A stretch of DNA of 34,796 nt, taken from IMG/VR virus record IMGVR_UViG_3300025018_000078, positions 1 to 34,796 of that record, one strand, 5' to 3'. The DNA comes from a virus (Duplodnaviria > Caudoviricetes). Position numbers and translations under genes: made by a program. This document shows positions 18,647 through 27,627 of the stretch, one piece after another; position 1 is the first letter of the stretch, and each line of letters starts with the position of its first letter. The notes beneath the pieces were generated by a model. It saw only the letters and a program-made list of their open reading frames with translations. It was not told the origin of the DNA and searched no databases.

Positions 18647-20068
18647 TCAAATCCGTTCAATACTTGATTTGTTGCCAGTATCAGCCCAGAAAATCTCATC
18701 GATCGTCATGTCAGTGAGAAACTTAGGCTTCTCGTTCTCTGCTGCATTTTTGGCCGTTTTCCACACCTGAGCGACAATCTCATAAGCATCCGCGCCGTGT
18801 GAATAAACATCATGCACTGGGGTTTGAGAATACCCTCCATCGTCTTTTTCTGCAAATGCGTATTTTTTTAGGCATCGAATACCTTGCTTGCAGCGGTCTG
18901 CATCAAACCAAGAAAGGTCAATTGTCGCCCGTGCTGCTGAAATCTGGTTCTGCTGGCTTGTCGCGGCAACAACCCTTGACTTCACCCCAAACTCATGAAG
19001 CTGATCGACAACGCTGCGACCGCCAGCCTGTAACAGTTTGTTTGCCGCATCGTGAGGCACGTAATTGTCGGAATAATTGTATTCTACCCGATGCTCAGCG
19101 CCATCGATAGGCTTGCCAAGCTTGAACGAAAGAACCTTACCATTTGCGCCAAATTCGCAATCTTCTTCGGGTATTTCCCTACCGTAAATCTGCTCTGCAT
19201 AGTGCCGCATGTCTTGGCGGTTATTTTCATAGAAGTCTATGAGCCTGACTTCATTGCCAGCCACCTGAAACCACCAAATGGCCGTATCATCAGAATAGCC
19301 CAAATCCCAAGCCGTAAACACTGGCAAAGACGGATCGTATAGGTCTTGCCTAATACGCTCTGCAACACGCGCCTTTTCAATCCATTTGCCGTAAACCGCA
19401 GCCTCGTTGTTTACGTTGAAATTGCCCTCCCAAATCCAGCCGTATTTCTCAGGTGTGTTTTTAAGGGCTTTCAGGCGTACCTTGTTCAGTCCCTCGGGAA
19501 ACCAAGGGTTATCATACCAATTGATTTTAACACACTTGGTGCGCTCGTCTGCCTGATTAACGAACAACTCTTGGATAGGATCATCTTCCTCCTCTGGGTT
19601 CCAGCTTGCCCAAATCTCGCAGTCTGGAAAATCGCGCATAACGGTCGGTATAAGATAGTCCAAAGATGTCTGGCTGACCTTCTGCGCCTCCTCAAGCCAC
19701 GTCCGGCGCACGTTGTGAAGGGATTTAATCTCGGCAATATTTGTACGCAGTCCGTAAAACAGAAACTCATTTCCGTTCTTGTGGCGTATAAACTCCCTAC
19801 CCACCTCAAATTGGTCGGATAAGCCCATCTCCTCAATTTGGCTAACAATAACGCTATGAACGCTGTCTTTTAGGGATTTTTGCAACTCACGGCCACAAAG
19901 GAATTTCCAAGGCTTGCCATTGCAAAGCTGCGTTGTCTCAAGGACTGACATCTTAGCAAATCCAATAGTTTTTGCCGCACCGCGTCCACCATATGCGCCG
20001 CGATAGTCAGCATCACCTTGGAATATCTGGCCTAGCTTTTCAGGGATTTGAACCTTAAGAGTGGTCAT
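18647..20068 (-). CDS. terL: Terminase large subunit (PBSX-like)
   Basis: YGGRGAAKT Walker A, WLEEAQ Walker B, SWNP, AWDLGYSDDTAIW nuclease motif, SHGADA. Confidence 0.95.
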   Translation of the reverse strand: MTTLKVQIPEKLGQIFQGDADYRGAYGGRGAAKTIGFAKMSVLETTQLCNGKPWKFLCGRELQKSLKDSVHSVIVSQIEEMGLSDQFEVGREFIRHKNGNEFLFYGLRTNIAEIKSLHNVRRTWLEEAQKVSQTSLDYLIPTVMRDFPDCEIWASWNPEEEDDPIQELFVNQADERTKCVKINWYDNPWFPEGLNKVRLKALKNTPEKYGWIWEGNFNVNNEAAVYGKWIEKARVAERIRQDLYDPSLPVFTAWDLGYSDDTAIWWFQVAGNEVRLIDFYENNRQDMRHYAEQIYGREIPEEDCEFGANGKVLSFKLGKPIDGAEHRVEYNYSDNYVPHDAANKLLQAGGRSVVDQLHEFGVKSRVVAATSQQNQISAARATIDLSWFDADRCKQGIRCLKKYAFAEKDDGGYSQTPVHDVYSHGADAYEIVAQVWKTAKNAAENEKPKFLTDMTIDEIFWADTGNKSSIERI

Positions 20069-20378
20069 TCTTCGTGGGCGCTACATGCTCAATGATGATC
20101 TTGTTTACAGTGCTGATCGGATCGCCGTTAACACCTGTAATCTCTGTAGGGATTAGCTTTGTAACGAGCTTGTAAAAGTCTGTTGGATGTTCTCTACCCC
20201 ATTGAACCAAGGCAGGAACGCCGCCCATTTCCTCGAAAGCAAGGCGAAAAGCGTCCTTTATTGCAGCAGTGTGCTTGTTCAGCATACCCTTAGGCCTGCC
20301 GGGGCCGGGGTCTGGCACTGGCTGGCCGTTAATGGGGGAAACTGCCTTTTTTTTAGGTTTTTTAATGCCGTTGTCCAT
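20055..20378 (-). CDS. terS: Terminase small subunit
   Basis: GPGRPKG..NK.T...K motif and EITG.NG.PI tail; directly upstream of terL. Confidence 0.75.
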   Translation of the reverse strand: MDNGIKKPKKKAVSPINGQPVPDPGPGRPKGMLNKHTAAIKDAFRLAFEEMGGVPALVQWGREHPTDFYKLVTKLIPTEITGVNGDPISTVNKIIIEHVAPTKNDHS

Positions 20379-20417
20379 ATCGCAATAATAAACGCTAATT
20401 GAGTATATCGCAAGCCG

Positions 20418-20618
20418 TTATTTGAACAAAACCATTGGCAGAGCAATAGGCCAGATGATCGCCAAACAGATGGACATAATGGCCGCTGGTATAATACCGA
20501 TAGTGCCTCCCAACAATGCGCCGTATTCATCAATTACCAGAAAATAGAATATTACAAACAGCACAACGGCTGATAATGCCGCTACCGTCAGATATGTTAA
20601 AATTGTTAATTCGATCAT
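20418..20618 (-). CDS. Small membrane protein
   Basis: Highly hydrophobic, IIWPI motif; ATGA overlap with the upstream micro-ORF. Confidence 0.6.
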   Translation of the reverse strand: MIELTILTYLTVAALSAVVLFVIFYFLVIDEYGALLGGTIGIIPAAIMSICLAIIWPIALPMVLFK

Positions 20619-20707
20619 CTTATTTTGCTCCATAAATATAAAATCGATGCACCTAGTAACTGGCCTATTCCAAAACCTAAGACCATCAAAGACATATTAT
20701 ATAACAT
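20615..20707 (-). CDS. 30-aa single-TM micro-protein (MLYNMSLMVLGFGIGQLLGASILYLWSKIR)
   Basis: Read by hand; GAGGAAG RBS; ATGA coupling to the next gene. Confidence 0.5.
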   Translation of the reverse strand: MLYNMSLMVLGFGIGQLLGASILYLWSKIR

Positions 20708-20717
20708 CAGTTCTTCC

Positions 20718-20963
20718 TCACTGGAAACATATCCGATTTTGTTTGCTTAATAAGCCTATTAGACCGACAACGCCAAGTGGCGGAAAGAAAATAACATACT
20801 TCATTTTACAAAACACTCCAAAAAAGCGATTAGCGCGATATTGAAAATAATCCCGAACACAACAGACCACGCTTGCCAGCGCAAGCAGTGACTTGTGCTC
20901 TTTTTCATCACGCACATAAACCAAAACGCCTATTCCAGTAACGATTAGCCTTGGGTAGGTCAT
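20718..20963 (-). CDS. Hypothetical protein
   Basis: ATGA overlap with the upstream HTH gene; GGGGGAG RBS. Confidence 0.45.
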   Translation of the reverse strand: MTYPRLIVTGIGVLVYVRDEKEHKSLLALASVVCCVRDYFQYRANRFFGVFCKMKYVIFFPPLGVVGLIGLLSKQNRICFQ

Positions 20964-21139
20964 TTCTCCCCCACCACCTGCCTTACGGCTTCCTTGAGGT
21001 CTAAAACGGCTTGGCGGTGTGCATCTGGGATATGGTTCTGGTATGACCAGTCATAAACCGTCTTGATCGATAGCCCCAGATGCACGGCGATCTTCTCAAA
21101 CTTTAGGCCAATCGAATTTAAAAGCTGTCTGTCGTTCAT
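20960..21139 (-). CDS. Cro-like HTH protein, probably leaderless
   Basis: FEKIAVHLGLSIKTVYDW..IP HTH pattern; ATG lies 6 nt after a -10 box. Confidence 0.7.
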   Translation of the reverse strand: MNDRQLLNSIGLKFEKIAVHLGLSIKTVYDWSYQNHIPDAHRQAVLDLKEAVRQVVGEK

Positions 21140-21145
21140 GCTTCT

Positions 21146-21175
21146 ATCATACACCGTAAAAAATTACCTTGTCAA
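21146..21175 (-). promoter_or_regulatory. sigma70 promoter with a palindromic operator in the spacer
   Basis: TTGACA-N18-TATGAT; GTAA-AAAA-TTAC palindrome at 21156-21167. Confidence 0.7.
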
Positions 21176-21268
21176 CATGCCTTTGCCCGTTGGTTCTTAA
21201 TCATCCGTTCAAGTTCTGCAATGATGGCGCGGAGGCGGTCGATTTCTTTTTGTTTTTCGTCACACTGG

Positions 21269-21793
21269 TCACAAGTCAAGACTATCGCCTCCTTTTTTCC
21301 AAAACTCGACTGGCAAAGCCTGCAAGTCGTCCTCAAACTGGATGTCGTCAAGTTTAAACGCATTTGAGTGCCTTTCAATGAATGAGCGCAGTAATTCCCC
21401 CACGGTGACGATCACCGCATCCCTGCCCCTTGGTTTATGCAAGGATTGGGCATCCTGTGCCGACCGTGCCACGGCATAGACCTGCCCCCCGATTTTGTAT
21501 TCGAGGTACACGGGATCATACGGCGCGTGCCCGGCTTCGTTTGCCAGCCTCTCCAATAACCCCCAACCTCTGATTGTACCATCCACGAGCGTTATGATAT
21601 TCAGCGCATCGGCATTTGCAATCGCCTCGGCCAGCTTATCGGTCTGTCTTTCCCACTTCTCGCGCACGTCCGGCGGTGCGAGGCTTTGCAGCCGCCCGAT
21701 GCCCCACCTTGTTTCGTAGTCGGTGGCGACCTGATCCAGCCTCTCTATCTGCCGCCTGATTATGTTATGCGCGTTGTCTGTTTCTTCCAGCAT
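21269..21793 (-). CDS. Phage hypothetical protein
   Basis: RWGIGRL motif; AAAGG RBS; downstream of the primase-helicase. Confidence 0.7.
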   Translation of the reverse strand: MLEETDNAHNIIRRQIERLDQVATDYETRWGIGRLQSLAPPDVREKWERQTDKLAEAIANADALNIITLVDGTIRGWGLLERLANEAGHAPYDPVYLEYKIGGQVYAVARSAQDAQSLHKPRGRDAVIVTVGELLRSFIERHSNAFKLDDIQFEDDLQALPVEFWKKGGDSLDL

Positions 21794-21799
21794 GTTGTG

Positions 21800-21985
21800 C
21801 CGCCTTTCTATATTTCCAGAAAAATATTTTTGTTATTTTTTACACTTGGATAATCAGCAAGATTTTTTTGTTTGACAGTTCGGATTTTTGCTGGCACCAT
21901 GACGGGCATGGTGTCCAGCGAAAAATACTCCTGCAAAAGCTGTCCGGTTCGAGAATTTTTTAAAATTGGAAAATGAGAATTTAAT
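21800..21985. other. Candidate replication origin (AT-rich, with inverted repeat)
   Basis: A/T-tract-rich non-coding gap containing ATTTTTGCTGGCACCATG-N5-CATGGTGTCCAGCGAAAAAT, next to the primase-helicase. Confidence 0.45.
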
Positions 21986-21987
21986 CA

Positions 21988-24159
21988 TTATTCCGTCTCA
22001 CCGAGAAGCCAAATATATCCACGATCAAAGCCAATTTTATTCTTCTTACGTAAAGCTGTACGTGCGTTGATTGTGGCAATCTTGACCTTTTCTTCCGGCA
22101 CCTCGTCACGGAAGCCCATCTCCTCAAGCTGTTGTCCTAGCTGTCCGTATCTGATGCAGTTCTTCTGTGTTCCACCGCCAATATTGCGAATCTCACCATG
22201 ATCAACAATGCAATTGCAAATAGCGTCATAGATAAATTGCTGGATGTGGGTTAGCGTGTCTGCACCGCGCTTTGGCTGGACAATATCATCAGGATCAATG
22301 ACTGTGACCACGCAAGACTTGACTTCCTCATTGTGTTTGTTCACGCCAATCGTGACCGATTTTAGGCCAAAAAACATATCCTCTGCCATTTCCATGTCGC
22401 GCTGCTTGACGGTCTTGACGGTGCTGAAATGATCATCTTCGCCCCGGCTTACCTCAATCTCTGTGTCAACGGCGGCACGGAGGCTGCTGTGACCACGCGC
22501 ACCCTTTGCCCTGTCCTTGCCGCTGTGGTGGATAAAGCAAACGTGCGCCCCTGTGGCCTCTCTGATTAAATCTGCATGGCTGACCAGCAATCCCATATCC
22601 TGACCGCTGTTTTCGTCACCGCCAGAAATGGCGCGTGCGAGGGTATCAACAACCACCAGTTTGACGTTCTCAACCTGATCGGCAACGTATTTGATAGTTT
22701 CAATAAATGCTGCCAGTTGACCGTCTGGAGAATTATCCAGAAAGTTAATCTGTGTCGTGACCACGGCAAATGGCATACCCCTGCTATCATCGGGGTATGT
22801 TTCCATGAAAGCCGCAATACGGTTGCTTAGTCCATAGCTGCCTTCCAAGGCAACATATACAACGCCGCCTTGATCCACACGTCTATCACGCCACCGCTTG
22901 CCCATAGCAACATGAAATGCAAGGTCGGTCATAAAGAACGTCTTGCCGCAGTTGCTCTCTCCATAGACTACGGAAAACTGACCATTGCCAAGCATACCCT
23001 CGACAAAATCATTAGCGTTAATCTGTGCTTCGATGTCATACGCCCATTTAAAAGGCAAGATTTTGCCGTTTTTAGGCGTTTCCAGCACTTCTCCGGTGTT
23101 GTTCACCTGCTCAATCCGCAGCGGCTCTACGTGCTTCCTCTGCCCCTCTTTTGCGACAATGCAATCCACCGTTTCCAGCCCGCGTACCTTGCTACGGGTA
23201 AAAGCTGACAGCTTGGACTTGATCTTGCTTTGCATAAGCTTCTGGCCGCGCCCTTCTTGGTCGAGAGTCTTGCCGTTTCGGGGTGTGACTTTACGGCTGT
23301 AAACAGGCCAAGCGTCATCAAACACTTCTTGCGCGGTCGGCCAGCGGCCAAGCTCTGCCGTTATGTTGACAATCGCAGCACATAGCATCTCGTGCATGTA
23401 CTTCTCGCGCCCGTCCTCAATGCGCTCCTCGAACGGGTTCACGGCAACGCTGGTCACATCCTGCGCTGCAACAATGGCCGCGTCATGCTGGAACACGCCT
23501 GCCGGATAGGTACGCAGGAAAGTTTCGACATTGACCGACTGCGTGGCATTTGACGGAATAATAACCTCGGTCGGCTCTGTGATGCGTCCAGACTTCTTAG
23601 GCCATGCAATCGTGCCGCCAAGGCGCATGAGGCTGGTCACGTTCTTTACCGCACGGTCACCGCCAAAACACTCTTGCACCCCTTCCAGCGCCTCGCGCAG
23701 CGTGTCTGCGTCTGTGATAGGCTCGGACAGCTTCCACCAGAGGTGTGTGCGGATGTGCGGGTGTCTGCCCGTCACCACCACCAGCGAGGGCGGCAGGGCG
23801 GCATAAGTGGTCTTTAATTCGTCAGGCGTTGTCTGCCTGTCGATGTCGCACCAGATAACGCCAGAGGCATAAAAGTCGGTGTCGCTGCTGCGGCCATTGG
23901 GGAAACAGTCAGGATCAAGGTATGACCCGACAACGTACACATTGCGCCCGTCACGGTTCTTTTTGTCTGCAAAATCAACGGCTTTTTCTATATCTTCGGC
24001 TGCGAAGTTCTCTGCCATGCGGGGGATGTTGTCGCTGTCACCATAGGCGATCTCAATGCGTCCATCGCAGAAATCAGCCATGTTTTGTGTAATGAATTCA
24101 ATATGCTTGCGTATTAACGCCTTGTCAGGATGGAAAAGTTTAACCGCGTTATCCTGCAT
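21988..24159 (-). CDS. Primase-helicase: N-terminal RepB'-like AEP primase plus C-terminal AAA_25/RepA-like SF4 helicase
   Basis: NVYV, WCDID, PS.VVVTG...H.WW.L, MRLGGT (primase); GESNCGKT, VVVDTLAR, IHHSGKD, RGHSSL..AVD (helicase). Confidence 0.9.
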   Translation of the reverse strand: MQDNAVKLFHPDKALIRKHIEFITQNMADFCDGRIEIAYGDSDNIPRMAENFAAEDIEKAVDFADKKNRDGRNVYVVGSYLDPDCFPNGRSSDTDFYASGVIWCDIDRQTTPDELKTTYAALPPSLVVVTGRHPHIRTHLWWKLSEPITDADTLREALEGVQECFGGDRAVKNVTSLMRLGGTIAWPKKSGRITEPTEVIIPSNATQSVNVETFLRTYPAGVFQHDAAIVAAQDVTSVAVNPFEERIEDGREKYMHEMLCAAIVNITAELGRWPTAQEVFDDAWPVYSRKVTPRNGKTLDQEGRGQKLMQSKIKSKLSAFTRSKVRGLETVDCIVAKEGQRKHVEPLRIEQVNNTGEVLETPKNGKILPFKWAYDIEAQINANDFVEGMLGNGQFSVVYGESNCGKTFFMTDLAFHVAMGKRWRDRRVDQGGVVYVALEGSYGLSNRIAAFMETYPDDSRGMPFAVVTTQINFLDNSPDGQLAAFIETIKYVADQVENVKLVVVDTLARAISGGDENSGQDMGLLVSHADLIREATGAHVCFIHHSGKDRAKGARGHSSLRAAVDTEIEVSRGEDDHFSTVKTVKQRDMEMAEDMFFGLKSVTIGVNKHNEEVKSCVVTVIDPDDIVQPKRGADTLTHIQQFIYDAICNCIVDHGEIRNIGGGTQKNCIRYGQLGQQLEEMGFRDEVPEEKVKIATINARTALRKKNKIGFDRGYIWLLGETE

Positions 24160-24185
24160 TGTATGCCCCCGAGTGGTGTGTTTTG

Positions 24186-24225
24186 AAAGAAGAAGGGCGG
24201 CGGCCTTGCAAGTACCACCGCCCTT
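24186..24225 (-). terminator. Terminator/attenuator between the SSB-like gene and the primase
   Basis: Minus-strand AAGGGCGGTGGT/GCCGCCGCCCTT stem followed by CTTCTTT. Confidence 0.65.
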
Positions 24226-24257
24226 TGTAGTGCCAAGGTGTGTTAACGAGTGTTCAC

Positions 24258-24884
24258 TTAAAACTCGCTAACGGCAGTCGCGGCTTGCGCCGCGGGTGCT
24301 GCAACGGCTTCGGGGGCGGTTGCTGCGGTTGTTTTGTCGCCAGCCAGCGCGGCCGGACGGTCAACCCATTTGACGATCTGGAAAAGCGGCTTGTAGTTTG
24401 TGCCTTGCTTATCCTTCATAGCGACAGTGCCGGAAGCTTGAACAACTGGTAGCTTGCCAGCGTTGTTTTTTGCTTCCTGCTTGTATTGCGCATAAAGTTC
24501 CGCGATTGCATTGTTCAAGTGCATAGAAGCACCAGACAAAACAACCACGCCACCAAAAGACTGTTCGCTATATAGCTTTGTTTCAAAGCCACGTTTAAAG
24601 CAGTCACGTGTTACGCCTTTTTCGTCAACGTAAGTTTGTTGCGGCTTTGCAGAAGGTTTTTCAAGGCTCTCGTCAAAAACCTTTTGCGGCGCAGCACCAG
24701 CTTTAAAGAAAAACCAACCTGTTTTGATGTTTTCGAAGTCTGCGACAAAAGTAGGGTTTGTTACTTCAACCTCACCCTCGTCTTTTTTGACATACCAGCG
24801 GCCTGCTTTGGCGTTGTATTTCACATACGGGTCAAAATCGCCACCAGTGGTTACAATATTCAGCATGTTATTTAGTCCTTTCAT
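24258..24884 (-). CDS. Putative single-stranded DNA-binding protein (start may be 24866)
   Basis: Beta-rich body, Ala/Pro linker and acidic-aromatic C-terminus (SEF); directly upstream of the primase. Confidence 0.55.
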   Translation of the reverse strand: MKGLNNMLNIVTTGGDFDPYVKYNAKAGRWYVKKDEGEVEVTNPTFVADFENIKTGWFFFKAGAAPQKVFDESLEKPSAKPQQTYVDEKGVTRDCFKRGFETKLYSEQSFGGVVVLSGASMHLNNAIAELYAQYKQEAKNNAGKLPVVQASGTVAMKDKQGTNYKPLFQIVKWVDRPAALAGDKTTAATAPEAVAAPAAQAATAVSEF

Positions 24885-24922
24885 TTTGCGTTAATAATTA
24901 AGCGTTGTGCATTTTTTCTGTG

Positions 24923-24975
24923 TTGACTTACTGCCCAACATGTCGGATATTAAATGAGGAATTTTTCCCCGTCAA
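24923..24975. promoter_or_regulatory. Overlapping divergent sigma70 promoters with operator
   Basis: Plus TTGACT-N17-GATATT (24923-24951); minus TTGACG-N17-TAATAT (24975-24947); GAGGAATTTTTCCCC at 24956-24970. Confidence 0.7.
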
Positions 24976-24993
24976 TAGGTTTCAGGAATAAAA

Positions 24994-25752
24994 ATGCAAA
25001 ATGGTTTTGAACGTCACGGAATCCAGCACACCTCGCCCAGCTCGTTGAATACTTTCGCAGCCGCGCCGGATGTGTGGGTTTGTGAAAAGCTTTTTGGAAA
25101 ACGTGGGCGCATGGGCGCACCTGCATTTCGCGGCATCCTTGTTGAGAAAGCTGTGGTTAATGTCATTGCATACGGCGTAGCTGCGGATGACGCAATCGCG
25201 GAATCTGTCAAGAATTTTAACAAAGAAACTTTGTTTTCAAATTCTGACAAGATCATCAAAGAGCGTGAGGCCATCGCGCCATGCGTTGAAATGGCTTTGC
25301 AGGAACTGAAACAATACGGCACACCTGAATTCCAGAGCATCAACAAACAGGACAAGATTGAATTGGTATGCAATGGCGAAGGCTGGAAACTACCTGTCAT
25401 TGGCTACACTGATTTGCCTTTTCCAAAGCACGGTTTGATCGTTGACCTGAAAACAACACTAAAAGCACCGTCTGAAATGTCTGATCCGCACCGCAGACAA
25501 GCCGCGATATACCGCAAGGCCAGTGGTAACATGGCGGTAAAGTTTCTGTACGTCACGCCTAAAAAAGCCGTCTGGCACGAGTGCAAAGATGTGGATAGCA
25601 CGCTGGCAGAGGTAAAGCAGATACTCAACAGGCAAGAGCGTTTCTTGCGGTTGGGCGACAAAGAATTGCTGCGTGATGTTGTGCATTTTGATCCGTCCAG
25701 CTTCTATTGGTCGGGGAACGAGCAAGGACGCATGGAGGTATTCGGGGTATGA
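24994..25752 (+). CDS. PD-(D/E)XK (RecB/Cas4-like) exonuclease
   Basis: HTSPSSLN N-terminus, IGYTDL, IVDLKTT, RQAAIY motifs. Confidence 0.85.
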   Translation: MQNGFERHGIQHTSPSSLNTFAAAPDVWVCEKLFGKRGRMGAPAFRGILVEKAVVNVIAYGVAADDAIAESVKNFNKETLFSNSDKIIKEREAIAPCVEMALQELKQYGTPEFQSINKQDKIELVCNGEGWKLPVIGYTDLPFPKHGLIVDLKTTLKAPSEMSDPHRRQAAIYRKASGNMAVKFLYVTPKKAVWHECKDVDSTLAEVKQILNRQERFLRLGDKELLRDVVHFDPSSFYWSGNEQGRMEVFGV

Positions 25753-26207
25753 AAATACTTGGGGTTGATCCAGGCATGTTTGGCGCTATTGCTTATTATG
25801 ACGGTGACGAATTAATTATTTGGGATATGCCTATTTTCAAAAAAGAAAAAGGCCATGATCTAGATATTCACCGCCTTGCGCTTTACTTTGACGAAGCTGA
25901 TGCGGAACATATGTTTCTTGAAAAGACAACCGCCATGCCAAAAGTGAGTGGTAAAGCCGCCTACAGCATGGGTAAGAGCGAGGGGGCTATCCTTGGTATT
26001 GCTGCGGCAAAGGCGTTTAGCTACACGCTGACACGCCCTGCGGAGTGGAAGAAAGCCCTATCATGCCCTGCCGACAAAGACGCAGCACGGCAACGCGCCA
26101 GCCAGCTGCTGCCGCAATACGCGCACAACTGGGATTTGAAGAAACACGATGGACGTGCAGAGGCTGCATTGATTGCCTTGTACGGCTTTAATAAGATGAA
26201 GGTGTAA
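25749..26207 (+). CDS. RuvC-like Holliday junction resolvase
   Basis: MKILGVDPG..GAIA, FLE, P.EWKK, DGRAEAALIA; ATGA overlap. Confidence 0.85.
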   Translation: MKILGVDPGMFGAIAYYDGDELIIWDMPIFKKEKGHDLDIHRLALYFDEADAEHMFLEKTTAMPKVSGKAAYSMGKSEGAILGIAAAKAFSYTLTRPAEWKKALSCPADKDAARQRASQLLPQYAHNWDLKKHDGRAEAALIALYGFNKMKV

Positions 26208-26209
26208 AC

Positions 26210-26341
26210 ATGGAATTTGAAGAATGTGATTGCGTTGAGATAAAAGAGGACGAGGTTTATTCCGACAACGGCAAGCTTTGCCTGATTGGAGAATGCACCA
26301 AGTGCGGCCAGCTTTATGAGGGTGTGATTAATAATGATTAA
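26210..26341 (+). CDS. 43-aa Cys-containing (Zn-ribbon-like) protein
   Basis: Read by hand: MEFEECDC...ECTKCGQLYEG; fills the operon gap. Confidence 0.55.
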   Translation: MEFEECDCVEIKEDEVYSDNGKLCLIGECTKCGQLYEGVINND

Positions 26342-26513
26342 AAAAGATTTAGAACGTATCCGTACGCAGAAAAACTACAACAAGCAAGAAATGGCAGACT
26401 TCCTCGGCTGCGACCGCAAGACATATCGCAAGTATGAGCGTGAGCCGCAGAATTATCCAGAATGGAAGATGCAAGGCATCCTGCAACTGGCGCGAAAAGC
26501 ACCTAAAAAATAA
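26334..26513 (+). CDS. XRE-family HTH transcriptional regulator (59 aa)
   Basis: Read by hand: LERIRTQKNYNKQEMADFLGCDRKTYRKYER. Confidence 0.8.
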   Translation: MIKKDLERIRTQKNYNKQEMADFLGCDRKTYRKYEREPQNYPEWKMQGILQLARKAPKK

Positions 26514-26539
26514 TCTTCGAAATATTTTTGAATTACCCC

Positions 26540-26568
26540 TTGCAATGGGGAAAAATTCCCCGTATATT
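26540..26568 (+). promoter_or_regulatory. sigma70 promoter with palindromic operator GGGGAAAAATTCCCC
   Basis: TTGCAA-N17-TATATT; operator at 26547-26561; AAGGAG RBS downstream. Confidence 0.75.
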
Positions 26569-26595
26569 CATCCTTACAAACAAGGAGCAAACCAA

Positions 26596-26994
26596 ATGAC
26601 AGATATTAAACACACGCCGTTGCCTTGGGTAGTATCAGGAGAAGATGAATCTGACGGATTGCCGTTTATTGGCATTGAAACGCCATTTCGCGGTGAAGAT
26701 ACAAAGATAATTTCTCACGTACAGCCAAACAATGACGAAGGAGAATTTTTACAATTATGTGATGAGGATCAGGCAAACGCAGCCTTCATCGTCCGCGCAT
26801 GCAACGCCTACTACGAAAACGAAGCGATCAAGGTTGAACTGCTGGAGGCTTTGGAAGCCGTACAAAGCCAAGTAGATTGCTTCCATACAATTCTAGTTAA
26901 CGCAAAAGGCCGTGACGATAACAAGGAAACTAAGGCAGCTATATTGCAAACTGTACGTGCCGCAATCGCCCGCGCAAAAGGAGGTGCAGCATGA
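26596..26994 (+). CDS. Phage early protein (HTP.PW / ANA.FIV.A.N family)
   Basis: KHTPLPW, ANAAFIVRACN, ELLEAL, RAAIARAKG; AAGGAG RBS. Confidence 0.75.
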   Translation: MTDIKHTPLPWVVSGEDESDGLPFIGIETPFRGEDTKIISHVQPNNDEGEFLQLCDEDQANAAFIVRACNAYYENEAIKVELLEALEAVQSQVDCFHTILVNAKGRDDNKETKAAILQTVRAAIARAKGGAA

Positions 26995-27197
26995 CCAACC
27001 TAGACGCAGCAATCGCGCAGATCAACGGGATGGGGTATTACGTTCGCATGCACCAGTATCGACAAACTCTTAACGGGTACTGTGAGGCTGTATATATAGA
27101 TACAGATAAATATTTTGGATTTGCGGCAGGAGAAACCATCACCGAAGCCGTCCTAAACCTATTGGACAAACTGAAAACCGCGAAGGAGTTGGGGTGA
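26991..27197 (+). CDS. Hypothetical protein
   Basis: GGAGGT RBS, ATGA overlap. Confidence 0.65.
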   Translation: MTNLDAAIAQINGMGYYVRMHQYRQTLNGYCEAVYIDTDKYFGFAAGETITEAVLNLLDKLKTAKELG

Positions 27198-27307
27198 TGA
27201 AAGACCTAATTGCACTGGCCGTAGAGGCTTACAATCAAGTAACGTTGCCGCAATTCCTAGCCATCATGTTCCTGCTGTCCGTTTGTGTTTTTGGGGGTGC
27301 TTTGTGA
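27197..27307 (+). CDS. 36-aa membrane micro-protein
   Basis: Read by hand; TGATG coupling, hydrophobic C-terminal half. Confidence 0.5.
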   Translation: MKDLIALAVEAYNQVTLPQFLAIMFLLSVCVFGGAL

Positions 27308-27393
27308 GTTTAGTATGGACGCAAGAGTCGCCAAACTCAACTAACCAACACCGCGCCGAAGAATTAAACCGACTTTTTGACAGGATTTTACCA

Positions 27394-27627
27394 ATGAGCA
27401 ATACCACACAACATAGCTTCAACTGGAACGGCTGCGCTTGGCGCGTCGAGATTGACCAAGACTTTCAGGAAATCGTCTGGGCAGAGTGCAACGGCGAACG
27501 GTTTGACTGTGACGAAGCTGCGGAGATTATCGTGCGCTTAGGTAAGGGTGACTTTAAGATCGTTGACTTTAGCAATGCGCTGTATGATGCGGCGTTGGAG
27601 ATTGATCCGGAGGGGGTGACCGCATGA
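27394..27627 (+). CDS. Hypothetical protein (start may be GTG at 27304)
   Basis: ORF track; AGGA RBS before MSNTT. Confidence 0.55.
   Translation: MSNTTQHSFNWNGCAWRVEIDQDFQEIVWAECNGERFDCDEAAEIIVRLGKGDFKIVDFSNALYDAALEIDPEGVTA

Noticed and set aside
21172-21378. 68-aa CxxC-containing ORF
   Set aside because: About half overlaps the upstream gene and the start is unclear; a shorter Zn-finger micro-protein is possible but unsupported
24994-25752. cas4 as part of a CRISPR-Cas system
   Set aside because: Stand-alone phage PD-(D/E)XK nuclease in a recombination module, without the four-Cys Fe-S pattern
26434-26595. N-terminal extension of ORF 26434..26994
   Set aside because: It overlaps the XRE gene and a clear promoter/operator; the RBS supports a start at 26596
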